Assembly (NCBI GenBank): GCA_965637545.1
Contig: OZ281496.1
Coordinates: 28,768,001 to 28,832,000 of the forward strand
Source of the DNA: Phallusia mammillata
Taxonomy: Eukaryota
Reading direction: 5' to 3'
DNA: 64,000 bases
Shown one piece after another: positions 39,753 through 51,604 of this stretch. Within the stretch, counting starts at the first letter, position 1. Each line of letters opens with the position of its first letter. A model generated the notes under the pieces. The model saw only the letters and a program-made list of their open reading frames with translations, was not told the DNA's origin and made no database searches. A program made the position numbers and the translations under genes.

Positions 39753-40213
39753 TAATTCCAAGACTAAACCGGCACGAAACATTATTTGCGCTAATAAAGC
39801 ATATTCGCATGCGTATGGAGGGCCAGACGCTGGAACAAGAGCCTAGGCGCCTAAGGCTTAGCAACAGACCACATTTGCCACTTTTGTTTGTTCAGTACCT
39901 ATGTTTGGAATTTGGTCGAGCAATACGCAACGAAGTGTGCAATCAGCAAACTAACCAAACGTTTAAGAGCGTCTGCGCATTTCAACCTTGACTTCCTGCC
40001 TAAAGCAGACAGTGCAAGTTGCACGAAGGACAGTTTGGGTTACGTCACAGTGGATGCAAAGTGGATAACTAATAATAGTCACGTTGGCGGCTGATCTGTA
40101 AGTTTGATCAATTTCGTGTTAAATCAGATTAGCAGAGTTTTGATCAACATTTTGTTGCATTAAAATCCAAGATTAGTGCTCGAGAAAACAGGTCTTGTTG
40201 GACCAAAACTACA

Positions 40214-43200
40214 ATGCTGTCTATGATAACCGATAACTTGACAACGTTTTTGGCAACTTGGGTTGTTCTGACTTCGGTTTTTGCTTTGGCTTATAAATGG
40301 TGGAGAAAACCCCATCGCAATTTTCCGCCAGGGCCAATTGGAGTCCCACTTCTTGGAGTTCTGCCTTATCTGGGGGATAAACCTCAAGAAACTATAAGGC
40401 AATGGAGTGAAGAAAAGTACGGGCCTGTAATGTCAATCAGAATGGGCTTGGAAGATGTTGTGGTGCTCAATTCCTACGACGCTATATCACAGGTATGGTT
40501 CAATCAGTTGTGCAAGTTTTTGGGATATTATGTGGTTTGTAATTATGGCCAGGTAAACTGTTTTACTCAAGAAACGTTGCTCTTCCTGCAGATTTTTTTT
40601 GTAAAGTAATCGACGCTTCGACGTCCAATATACGAGCCGCCTTCATTAAGACAAAGGCAGATTATAAAACCTAATGTTCTTGGGCAAAAGAGCAGCGATA
40701 ATTAGCTTGTGCTGCTTCAAACTGTCACCAACGGAATGATTTGAATACTACTGGCATAAAAGTCATATTCCCTTATGTACCACAAGTCACAAAATCGTGC
40801 ACTTTATTAAAGAAAACACAGTCATACTTCGTATTGTCTGTGCAGGGATATGTAAGGCAAGCAAACAGCTTTTCAGGGAGACCATCGAGCGGTATTTTTC
40901 AACTGGCTGATTTTCTTGACTGGGGAATGTCGTTTAAACAGTACGACAGCGATTACAAATGCCAGAAAACGTTCTTTTCAAAATCTTTGAAAGAGTAAGT
41001 ATCAGTTAAAACCTAAAATCAACCTACAAAAATATTGCTGTGCATCTATATGGTAGTTACGGGGTCGGCAAACTTGAGGTTGATAAACTGATAAACGAAG
41101 AAGCAGATATCTTTAACGAGTATCTGAAGGACAAGGAAGGCCAACTGATTAATTTCAAGGTGACAGTTTTTTTGTATGTGTCTTTACAATATTTATTTCA
41201 AGTGCACTCGTGCCAATCAACAATATATACTGTGTTGTAGTTTAATGTTACCGTTTTCTTTTTTTTTTCGCGTTTTAGGATCATTTCTTCGCCTTAACTG
41301 CCAACGCCGTGCTAAAATTTTTGTGTGGAACTCGGTACGACTACGACGATCCCACAGCAAAGGCTCTGATTCGTGCTTTACAAAACGAGTAAGTGTCTTA
41401 AAATAGTATACCAGTTATGAACAAAGAGTCCAATTGAAGTCTCTTGGTTTTGATTCACCAGGATTTCTGATTCCAAACTTGGATTGGTTGATCTGTTTCC
41501 GATATTAAGATGGTTTCCTGTCTTTTCGAGTTCAGTAAATCATTTTCGCGAATGTATTTACCATCTTGCTGGTAAGTTTTAAATATTTTTTATTTGTAAT
41601 GGTCCGATATCGTCACAGACACTGATTTCATGTGTGATATAACGTCTTTTTCTACGCCTTTACCTTCGTTAGTTGCCGATTTTGTGTTCGTTTATACTTG
41701 CGTACAAAACAAAAGAGGTGTGCATTTTATGATCATCATGGAATTCTGTAGCCTATTATAAACTGGTATAGTTGTATACCATTTTCTACCGTCTATACCG
41801 TATAGATACAATTTGGTAGCATGAATTCAGTATTACGTATTGCTCATGTTAAATATGCTGATCAGGTTTCTATTGTTTTAAGATTTTATCGCGAGCCACT
41901 GGGATCAACACAAAGCATCGTTTAATCCAAACCATTTGAAAGACTTCATGGACATGTATCAATACGAACAGAAGTTCGGAAAAGGAGAAATGCACGCAGG
42001 ATTTAAGGTTTGACTAAAATACCATTGTATTTGCTTGACCTTCATTAAATCTGAGGTGTTTTGGGGAATTTGTTTTGGTTTATCAACCACGTTTGTCTCT
42101 TGGTGGCTAGTTTTAACTCCTTAGTCCGGTAATGGCAAGACACATGAACTTGTGGGACATTAACAACTTTATCAGGCTGATGATTTAACAAAGTGTATTA
42201 AAATAATCCTGTTCTTCGCCTAATTCTGACTAAACTTAAAGTACAAATGATTTGTAATGTGGTAAGGCTTGAATTAATCGACTTTGGGTTTACCGGATCT
42301 TCGCCTAATTGGGACATTTTTGGTCGAACGGGTACGGATTTACTATTTTTTTCTGTCGCTGCACCATTTTATGTATATTGTAGTCCACATCATGTTAAAA
42401 AGCACCTAAGTTAACTTGTTGCTCAATAGTCTTTACTTTCTAGGACCGTCAACTACGTGCATTGGGAATAGAGATTATCTCGGCAGGCGTAGAAACTACT
42501 TCAGCACATTTGTCCTGGTGTCTGCATCTCTACACATATTACTCAGAGCACCAAGCAGCGTTGGAGAAAGAAATTTCTAAGGTGTTTGGTAAGTGCTCCC
42601 GTGCATTAACATTAACAAACTGCGTGATAGGATTTACTCAAGCCTGTGAGGGGTTCGAATCCCACCGCAGACTAGGTTTCTCAACTGTTCCTTTTCATAT
42701 CGGAATACTTGGTGATCGGCTAATATGGTATAACGCCTTCAAAGAGCTTGGTACTATGATTTATACATCAGTGTGCCGTGATCGCTGGTCGGCAAGAACG
42801 CTTAAGGGCTGATCCCAGTGATGAATATTTAATCATTTTAACAGGTTTAGACCTACTGCAACTCTACACTGTTTAAAATATCAACACTGCCCAGTATAAT
42901 GTAAATGTACTTGTATACGCGAGATCAGAGTTGCATCTGTACTGAAACTAGGGCGTAAACCCGAAAGTGCAAACCCTTATTTGATTTCGTCAGAAAGTCC
43001 CCACAGACAGTAAAATTGCACCACAAATGATGCTGGGTATGAAGTAATACCAAAGGTAAGCCTGTGTTATTAAAAAATAGGCCCGAACCCGACCAGAATA
43101 GCTTGGCCGGATATACATCTCCAAACGAAATACTGGTTTTCGGCATAACATTTGTGGTAAAAAGATCATCAAGGATTTGTTCTATTTAGGCGCACGCGGC

Positions 43201-43972
43201 GCTGTGACGCAAGCACACAAACCCCAGACACCGTTCTTGAACGCATTTATACAAGAAGTCTTTCGAATTACCTCTGTTGCACCAATGTTGCTGAAACGAT
43301 CTGCTGACCATTCAGGCAAACTCATGGGGTACGACATTCCAGCTGGTACTACGGTGAGTGATAAAAACAACAAATAAAAGCCACGGTTTACGATTTTTGC
43401 ATTGTGTACCTCGTTGAAATACAGTTGTTTCAAATAGACACATAAAAAGTATAGTTTTAAGTAACGTTCTTGAATAGTCGTGGGTTCGAAACCCACTGAA
43501 AGCTAGCTTTCTTTAGCTTTAGCCTTGTCGCCTGTAAATACTTGAATAGCAGTTTTAATTAGGCACACAACCTAATCATTTGCAGATCTGGCCTACTGCA
43601 ATGTAATCACTCGTTCTCTTTTTGTGATAACTGTTTATTTATTTATTTATTTATCTTTATTCATAGATAATTCCAAACTTTCATGCTGTCCATATGGATC
43701 CTACAATATGGCCAGAACCTGAGAAGTTCGATCCGTACCGGCACATCGACAAAGAAGGAAAATTTGTGCATTCCCACAAAATTATACCATTCTCAATCGG
43801 ACCAAGATCCTGTCCAGGAGAACAACTAGCGCGAGTTGAAGTTTATATTTACTTTGCAAAGCTCCTTCAGAAATACAAGATCCTTCCAGGAGACCAGCCT
43901 CCGCATATAGATGGGATCACTTCGGTGGTTCATTTTCCTAAACCCTATGAGTTCAGAATCAAACAACGTTGA
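40214..43972 (+). CDS. Cytochrome P450, CYP2 clan, gene B (496 aa, 9 exons)
   Basis: Exons 40214-40492, 40846-40994, 41057-41159, 41279-41388, 41462-41571, 41883-42007, 42444-42588, 43190-43353 and 43667-43972. Motifs: PPGP hinge, AGVETT I-helix, EVFR, FDPYRH, heme loop PFSIGPRSCPGE. Confidence 0.93.
40570..40665 (-). repeat. Hammerhead-bearing repeat, copy 4 (degenerate core), in CYP-B intron 1
   Basis: AATCGACGCTTCGACGTCCAATATACGAGCCGCCTTCATTAAG aligns to copy 1. Confidence 0.65.
42651..42760 (+). mobile_element. tRNA-derived SINE fragment (Pol III B-box); similar pieces at about 26309, 43482, 44003, 48200 and 48717
   Basis: Recurrent GGTTCGAA(T/A)CC-ACC...GACTAG/GGCTAG with no cloverleaf. 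The body GGTATA-CGCCTTCAA also occurs near 27238. Confidence 0.5.
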
Positions 43973-45520
43973 CGTGTTAATATATGTAACTTCTACGTCG
44001 TTGGTTCGAATCCAACCACAGGCTAGATTTTTCTAGCGCCTTTTGCATAGACTGTGACTTTGTATGTGTCCCAATATTTGCAACTAATAATTTAATAGCC
44101 CAACGTATGTACTGTATATGATTTGCAAACAACAAGTTGTCAAGATTACCTTCCACAAGATGATGATAAACTGCTCTTATCTGTAGCTGATAAACGATGA
44201 GCATCGAGAAAACACTCTCCAAGCCAGGAAAGGTTGTGGTGGAAACCAAAACCTCTTTTATTCGGGTTTACCACTTCTATTGACTGAAGGTCGCTGCATA
44301 TAAATAAAGTGTCGTAAAGTATAAATTATCCCACCAAAGGCTCAATATATACTGCGGCATCTGTATGTTTACTGGTGTTAACATTTATTTGGATAAAACC
44401 AAAGGCAATCGATCAACATTCCGGCGCAGCTTTGTTGTTTACACCGCAGCCATAATTTCAGGCGTTTTTAGCATCGGTTTTTAGCTAAGTGCAGTGAAGT
44501 GTGCAGACCAAACACCTCACAGTAATTAAATCGGCAATTCTGCATAAAATTATATTTGAAAATAGAGTTAAGTTCCCATATAAAATCTTGTTTACGAGAA
44601 TTGTGGTAATTAGTTTAGAGATTTTTGTAGCTCCAGGCTGCAGACAATCAACAACAAATGAGCGCATTCGCACGATTTCTGACACGTTTACTTACCCTAG
44701 CCAAAAAAATAGACTGCAACTAGACACGAAGTTATGTATGTTGGCCAAAGTCGAGTAGATTAGCAAGTTTTGCGCAGCCTCGGGTCAAGTATATTCAAGC
44801 GTGGCTTTTTTGACATTTGGAAACAAATTCGGATCAATAAGAAAGTACAGATTTAGTGTAAAACTTTCAGTTTTAGGGTTGTACGATTTTTGAGGTGTGA
44901 GACCAGAAATATTAGTTTTGGATTATACTCACTCAAGTTTTTGTATTACTTTACAATTGGTGTAAAACATTTGGTGTAAAGAGTTGCGCTGCAGTATTTG
45001 CAAAATTCTTTGGAAAGAGGAAATACATGGGTATTAGGCCTACTATATTTTTATCGCAAGAAAACGAAACATTGTTAATAGAGATTATTACCAGATAACT
45101 TTAGGCACAAATTAAGCAAAGGCAAGTTGAAGTTGCGTGTGTCCAGTTGGACTAAAACGCAATAAACATACAATGTTGTCTGTGATGACCGATAACTTAG
45201 TAGTGTTTCTGTTAACTTGGGTTGTTCTGGCTTTGGTTTACAAATGGTGGAAAAGACCTCGTCACAATTTCCCGCCTGGGCCCATTGGAGTTCCACTTCT
45301 TGGCGTTCTGCCTTACCTGGGAGATAAGCCTCAAGAAACTCTTCGGCAATGGACGAAACAGTACGGACCAGTGATGTCAATCAAATTAGGCTGGAAAGAT
45401 GTTGTTGTTATTAATTCCTACGAAGCCATGTCCCAGGTATGGTTCAATAGGTTGTGCAAGTTTTTGCACAAAATAGTAAAACCATAGACGAAAAAACCCT
45501 TGGGGAAAACAACATCAGTC
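43305..45520 (+). repeat. Near-identical segmental duplication of about 2.2 kb (second copy about 48023-50243)
   Basis: The exon-8 tail, intron 8, exon 9, intergenic region and next exon 1 are almost base-for-base identical. The spurious ORFs 43977-44249 and 48691-48963 translate identically. Confidence 0.95.
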
Positions 45521-48500
45521 AGTTTTGAGTTTCGGGTGAAAGAATATATGTTTTCCCTAAATGGCATTATCAGTTGCTAAAATTCCATCACAAAGATAAA
45601 ACTGGCACAAACGGAATAATAAAATTTTAATTCACAGGGCTAAAACTACCCAAACACGCATTATCTTGTCTGTACAGGGATATGTAAAGCAAGCAAACAG
45701 CTTTTCCGGAAGACCTTCGACCGGTATCTTTCAACTAGTCGACTTTCTCAACTGGGGAGTGTCGTTCAAACCGTACGACAGCGATTACAAATGCCAGAAG
45801 ACGTTTCTTTTAAAATCATTCAAAGAGTAAGTATCAGCTGAAACCTAAAATCAATGTACAAAAAATATTGCTGTGCCTCTACATGGTAGTTACGGAGTCG
45901 GCAAACTTGAGGTTGATAAACTGATAAACGAAGAAGCAGATATTTTTAACCAGTATCTGGAGGACAAGGAAGGTCAACTGATTAATTTCAAGGTGATGTT
46001 GTCTTTTTTGTAGGTTTGTTATATTAACTTCAAGTCCACTCTGAATGTATGTACTCTGTGTATATTTAGTAAAAATTGAATGGCAAACTACAAATCTCCT
46101 AAATTTTGTGTGCGTAATAGTGTTTTACGTCCTTATATTTATTACCTCCGTTAGGATCATTTCTTCGCCTTAACTGCCAACGTCGTACTAAAATTTTTGT
46201 GTGGAACTCGGTACGAATACAAAGATCCCACAGCAAAGGCTCTGATTCATGCTTTAAAGAACGAGTAAGTTTCTCCACACAGAGTCTATTGCAGTTCTGA
46301 ACCTTTTTCGACGAATTCCTCCCTCAACAATTCAAAACATTTTTTATTCTTCAATACTATACAACATCATAAGCTAAATTATTCTTAGATTACTCAAAAT
46401 TGGTTATTTTACCTCACAGTACATATCACTAGAGCTTCAGTTTCTATTTATAAACCACATTCAAAAGTCAAAGAAAAATTCTTTTCTCAAGTTTTAAAAT
46501 TCCTTCCTTGGGAGGAGTTTCTCCCTGGTGTGAAACCATTGGTCTAATGAAAGCCTCTTGGTTTTGTGTACCAGGCTTTCTGATTCCAAACTTGGATTGG
46601 TTGATCTATTTCCGATATTAAGGTGGATTCCTATCTTTTCCACCTCAGTCAATAAATTTCGCCAATGCCACTATTATATTGCAGGTAAAGTTCAAATATT
46701 TTTTTCATGGTTAACTCCCGGAATACTAATAAACACAAAGAAAACACTCATATCTTCTATACTGCCATTGTTCCTGTTCTTGTGTGTACTATTTTCCGAT
46801 TTTCTGTTTGCTTAAGCTTGTGTGAAAAAAGGTTAACAAATTGCCGAAACTAGAGTTCAGTTTCACGAATTCCTAATGGTGGAACTGTCATGAATTGCTG
46901 AAGTTAAAATAGCATGAATTAAGTATCGTGTATTGCGTGTTAAGTATGCTCATCATTCTCCTGCTGTTTGAAGATGTGATCGCAAGACACTTGGATCAAC
47001 ACAAAGTGTCGTTTGACCAAAACCATTTGAAAGACTTCATCTACATGTTTCAACACGAACAGAAGTTTGGAAAAGGAGAAATGCACTCAGGATTCACGGT
47101 TTGGCAAAACTTTCTCACAAAAAATTGGCGATTACGCAGTAAAATACGCTTACATTCGCTGATATTATTTTTGATGGATGTTTAGATCTCGTGTACTGTT
47201 TATATTCTTTTATACGTCATTATCAAGATAGGTGAACTTGTGAGAAAATAACAACTTGAACAGGCTGGTGATGTGAAAAGAAACTCATTATTACTGTACA
47301 TTTGTATGTAGACTGTAGTGTAGTCTACATGAGGAGCGAAAGCCATAGCTCAATAGATCAACCGTCTTAATGTTTGTTTTGTTTTTCAGGACCGTCAACT
47401 ACGCACATTGGGAACAGAAATTACCCTGGCAGGAGTAGAAACTACTTCAGCTCATTTATCCTGGTGTCTGCATCTCTACATATATTACCCCGAGCACCAG
47501 GCGGCGTTGGAGGAAGAAATTACTAACGTGTTTGGTATGTGGTGTTGATCATTTGCGCCAACTGCCAAACTGTATACGGTTTACACAAGTTTATTCCCAT
47601 TACACCTTCAGATTGATTAAAATTTAAACATTGCTCAGCAATAAGCATGATCTGAGTTTAAATCCTTACTGAAATTAGTGCCCCAAACTGAAATCGCAAG
47701 ACAGAACTTAAAGGAAATCCTGTTGATACTTTATAAAATTACTCAAAACAATTAAAGAATAAATGATGCTGAGGGAAGCCCGTTTAATTTAACGTAAGCC
47801 CGAACCCGGCCCGAAAAGCTCGACCACAAATACAACTCTGAGCGAAATGCTCGTCTTTAGGTACAACATATGTGGTGATAAGGTATTCAGGATATTGTTA
47901 TGTGTAGGCGCACGCGGCGCTGTGACGCAAGCACACAAACCGAAGACACCGTTCCTGAACGCCTTTATTCAAGAAGTCTTTCGGTTCACCACTGTTGCAC
48001 CAATGTTGCTGAAACGAACTGCTGACCATTCAGGCAAACTCATGGGGTACGACATTCCAGCTGGTACTACGGTGAGTGATAAAAACAACAAATAAAAGCC
48101 ACGGTTTACGATTTTTGCATTGTGTACCTCGTTGAAATACAGATGTTTCAAATAGACACATAAAAAGTATAGTTTTAAGTAACGTTCTTGAATAGTCGTG
48201 GGTTCGAAACCCACTGAAAGCTAGCTTTCTTTAGCTTTAGCCTTGTCGCCTGTAAATACTTGAATAGCAGTTTTAATTAGGCACACAACCTAATCATTTG
48301 CAGGTCTGGCCTACTGTAATGTAATCACTCGTTCTCTTTTTGTGATAACTGTTTATTTATTTATTTATTTTTATTCATAGATAATTCCAAACTTTCATGC
48401 TGTCCATATGGATCCTACAATATGGCCACAACCTGATCAGTTCGATCCGTACCGGCACATCGACAAAGACGGAAAATTTGTGCATTCCCACAAAATTATA

Positions 48501-48686
48501 CCATTCTCAATCGGACCAAGATCCTGTCCAGGAGAACAACTAGCGCGAGTTGAAGTTTATATTTACTTTGCAAAGCTCCTTCAGAAATACAAGATCCTTC
48601 CAGGAGACCAGCCTCCGCATATAGATGGGATCACTTCGGTGGGTCATTTTCCTAAACCCTATGAGTTTAGAATCAAACAACGTTGA
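45173..48686 (+). CDS. Cytochrome P450, CYP2 clan, gene C (491 aa, 9 exons)
   Basis: Exons 45173-45436, 45678-45826, 45890-45992, 46155-46264, 46575-46684, 46974-47098, 47390-47534, 47908-48071 and 48381-48686; core motifs intact. Confidence 0.92.
46292..46541. mobile_element. hAT MITE, 250 bp, in CYP-C intron 4 (family of 7880-8118, inverted)
   Basis: The right end is the reverse complement of the 7880 left end; flanks GTCTATTG / GTCTAATG. The paralogous intron of CYP-B lacks it. Confidence 0.8.
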
Positions 48687-49886
48687 CGTGTTAATATATG
48701 TAACTTCTACGTCGTTGGTTCGAATCCAACCACAGGCTAGATTTTTCTAGCGCCTTTTGCATAGACTGTGACTTTGTATGTGTCCCAATATTTGCAACTA
48801 ATAATTTAATAGCCCAACGTATGTACTGTATATGATTTGCAAACAACAAGTTGTCAAGATTACCTTCAACAAGATGATGATAAACTGCTCTTATCTGTAG
48901 CTGATAAACGATGAGCATCGAGAAAACACTCTCCAAGCCAGGAAAGGTTGTGGTGGAAACCAAAACCTCTTTTATTCGGGTTTACCACTTCTATTGACTG
49001 AAGATCGCTGCATATAAATAAAGTATCGTAAAGTATAAATTATCCCACCAAAGGCTCAATATATACTGCGGCATCTGTATGTTTACTGGTGTTAACATTT
49101 ATTTGGATAAAACCAAAGGCAATCGATCAACATTCCGGCGCAGCTTTGTTGATTACACCGCAGCCATAATTTCAGGCGTTTTTAGCATCGGTTTTTAGCT
49201 AAGTGCAGTGAAGTGTGCAGACCAAACACCTCACAGTAATTAAATCGGCAATTCTGCATAAAATTATATTTGAAAATAGAGTTAAGTTCCCATATAAAAT
49301 CTTGTTTACGAGAATTGTGGTAATTAGTTTGGAGATTTTTGTAGCTCCAGGCTGCAGACAATCAACAACAAATGAGCGCATTCGCACGATTTCTGACACG
49401 TTTACTTACCCTAGCCAAAAAAATAGACTGCAACTAGACACGAAGTTATGTATGTTGGCCAAAGTCGAGTAGATTAGCAAGTTTTGCGCAGCCTCGGGTC
49501 AAGTATATTCAAGCGTGGCTTTTTTGACATTTGGAAACAAATTCGGATCAATAAGAAAGTACAGATTTAGTGTAAAACTTTCAGTTTTAGGGTTGTACGA
49601 TTTTTGAGGTGTGATACCAGAAATATTAGTTTTGGATTATACTCACTCAAGTTTTTGTATTACTTTACAATTGGTGTAAAACATTTGGTGTAAAGAGTTG
49701 CGCTGCAGTATTTGCAAAATACTTTGGAAAGAGGAAATACATGGGTATTAGGCCTACTATATTTTTATCGCAAGAAAACGAAACATTGTTAATAGAGATT
49801 ATTACCAGATAACTTTAGGCACCAATTAAGCAAAGGCAAGTTGAAGTTGCGTGTGTCCAGTTGGACTAAAACGCAATAAACATACA

Positions 49887-50744
49887 ATGTTGTCTGTGAT
49901 GCCTGATAACTTAGTAGTGTTTCTGTTAACTTGGGTTGTTCTGGATTTGGTTTACAAATGGTGGAAAAGACCTCGTCACAATTTCCCGCCTGGACCCATC
50001 GGAGTTCCACTTCTTGGCGTTCTGCCTTACCTGGGAGATAAGCCTCAAGAAACTATTCGGCAATGGACGAAACAGTACGGACCAGTGATGTCAATCAAAT
50101 TAGGCTGGAAAGATGTTGTTGTTATTAATTCCTACGAAGCCATGTCCCAGGTATGGTTCAATAGGTTGTGCAAGTTTTTGGAATATTTTTGCACAAAATA
50201 GTAAAACCATAGACGAAAAAACCCTTGGGGAAAACAAAATCAGTCGCTGGAAAACTTTTTGGATATGAAATTCCAGCTGGTACCACGGTAGGCAACACAA
50301 ATAAAAACTGTAGGCCCATAAAAATATTTGCAATTTATGAGCACATTTTCTTTTGGCAATGTCAGTTTTAAAGTACACGCTGCTTTTTTTACATAACCAG
50401 TTCAGTGCTTTAGCCACAGCTTAGTTTTGGACTTTCAGCTGATCCCAAACTTTCATGCTGTCCACATGGATCCGGCAATTTGGCCACAACCACACAAGTT
50501 CAATCCTTACCGTCACATCGACGATGAAGGAAAATTTGTGCATTCCAACAAGATTATACCTTTCTCAATCGGGCCAAGATCTTGCCCTGGAGAACAATAG
50601 GCACGAATCGAAATCTACATATACTTTGTAAAGGTCATTCAAAAATATAAGATTCTTCCGGGAGACCGGCCACCGCATATTGATGGCGTCATTTCGATGG
50701 TATATTATCCAAAACCATACAACTTCAGAATTGAGAAACGCTAA
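49887..50744 (+). pseudogene. CYP2-clan pseudogene D (exon 1 fused to the exon-8 tail and exon 9 of a divergent paralog; premature stop)
   Basis: Exon 1 is 49887-50150. Intron 1 breaks off at about 50245 into AGKLFGYEIPAGTT (ends 50287). Exon 9 (50439-50744) has TAG at 50598-50600, just after the heme Cys loop. Confidence 0.9.
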
Positions 50745-51604
50745 AATGCAGCGGACATCATCAAGTCTGAGACGAAACGGCGTTAAAATCGACATGCGTA
50801 TAAGTTTCTATGGGAATGTGTATAAAATCTGCTTGAATGCTGTATTCGTACAAACACGCTGATGACATGATAAAACTATTGAGCTGGTCATGAGTTGATT
50901 TTGGGGGCCTATTGACAGCAATGACAGGGTTGGAAATGCGCTGAGAGTTTTTAAGTTGCATTCTGAGCAGAAAAGCACAATCTGCAGTGATTTATGAAGT
51001 ACATATTAAAGATAGTGTGCAGTAAATATCCCAATTACCATCTGTACATAGCAAAAAAGGGAGCTAAGCTGCGTGTGTTGTTCATGGTTACGTTTTGTGT
51101 GCTTAGGCGGCAAAAATGCACAGCATGCACTTTTTTGCCGGTGTAGTGGTTTTGTCGACAAAGTCAAAGGTAAAGCAGCGGATGTTTGCAAGCTCTTGCT
51201 TTCGAATTCCTTTGGACTTCGTTTTACCCCACAATACATGTTTATACATCGTGCAACGAATGTTAAAGGAAAATAACAAGGAATAAACGTTCGACATAGT
51301 TAAGAGCTCTGATAACGTTTAGCGAAGGGAACAGTCGCCATAATGGAATGCCGTTTAGTGGTGCATGAAAACGTTATACAACTCATCAGTCTTATTGACT
51401 CTGATTTGGTAAATTCTCTGCATATTGAATAATTTGTATTGTAATATTCGTGTTGGAGGCTGGTCCCAAACTTTGATCAGTTTCGTAGCATATAAAGCAG
51501 TGAATGTTTGAAGATTAGCGCAGTTTTAATAAATTTTTGTTGCATTAGAATTCAATTAGTGCTGGAGAAAACAGGTCTTGTTTGACCCAAACGCGAAAAC
51601 TACA

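Noticed and set aside
43977-44758. ORFs repeated identically at 48691-49472 (MVSTTTFPG..., MSEIVRMRS..., MQTKHLTV...)
   Set aside because: Their identity reflects the recent duplication. The older copy at about 38820-39480 is frame-disrupted, so there is no coding constraint.
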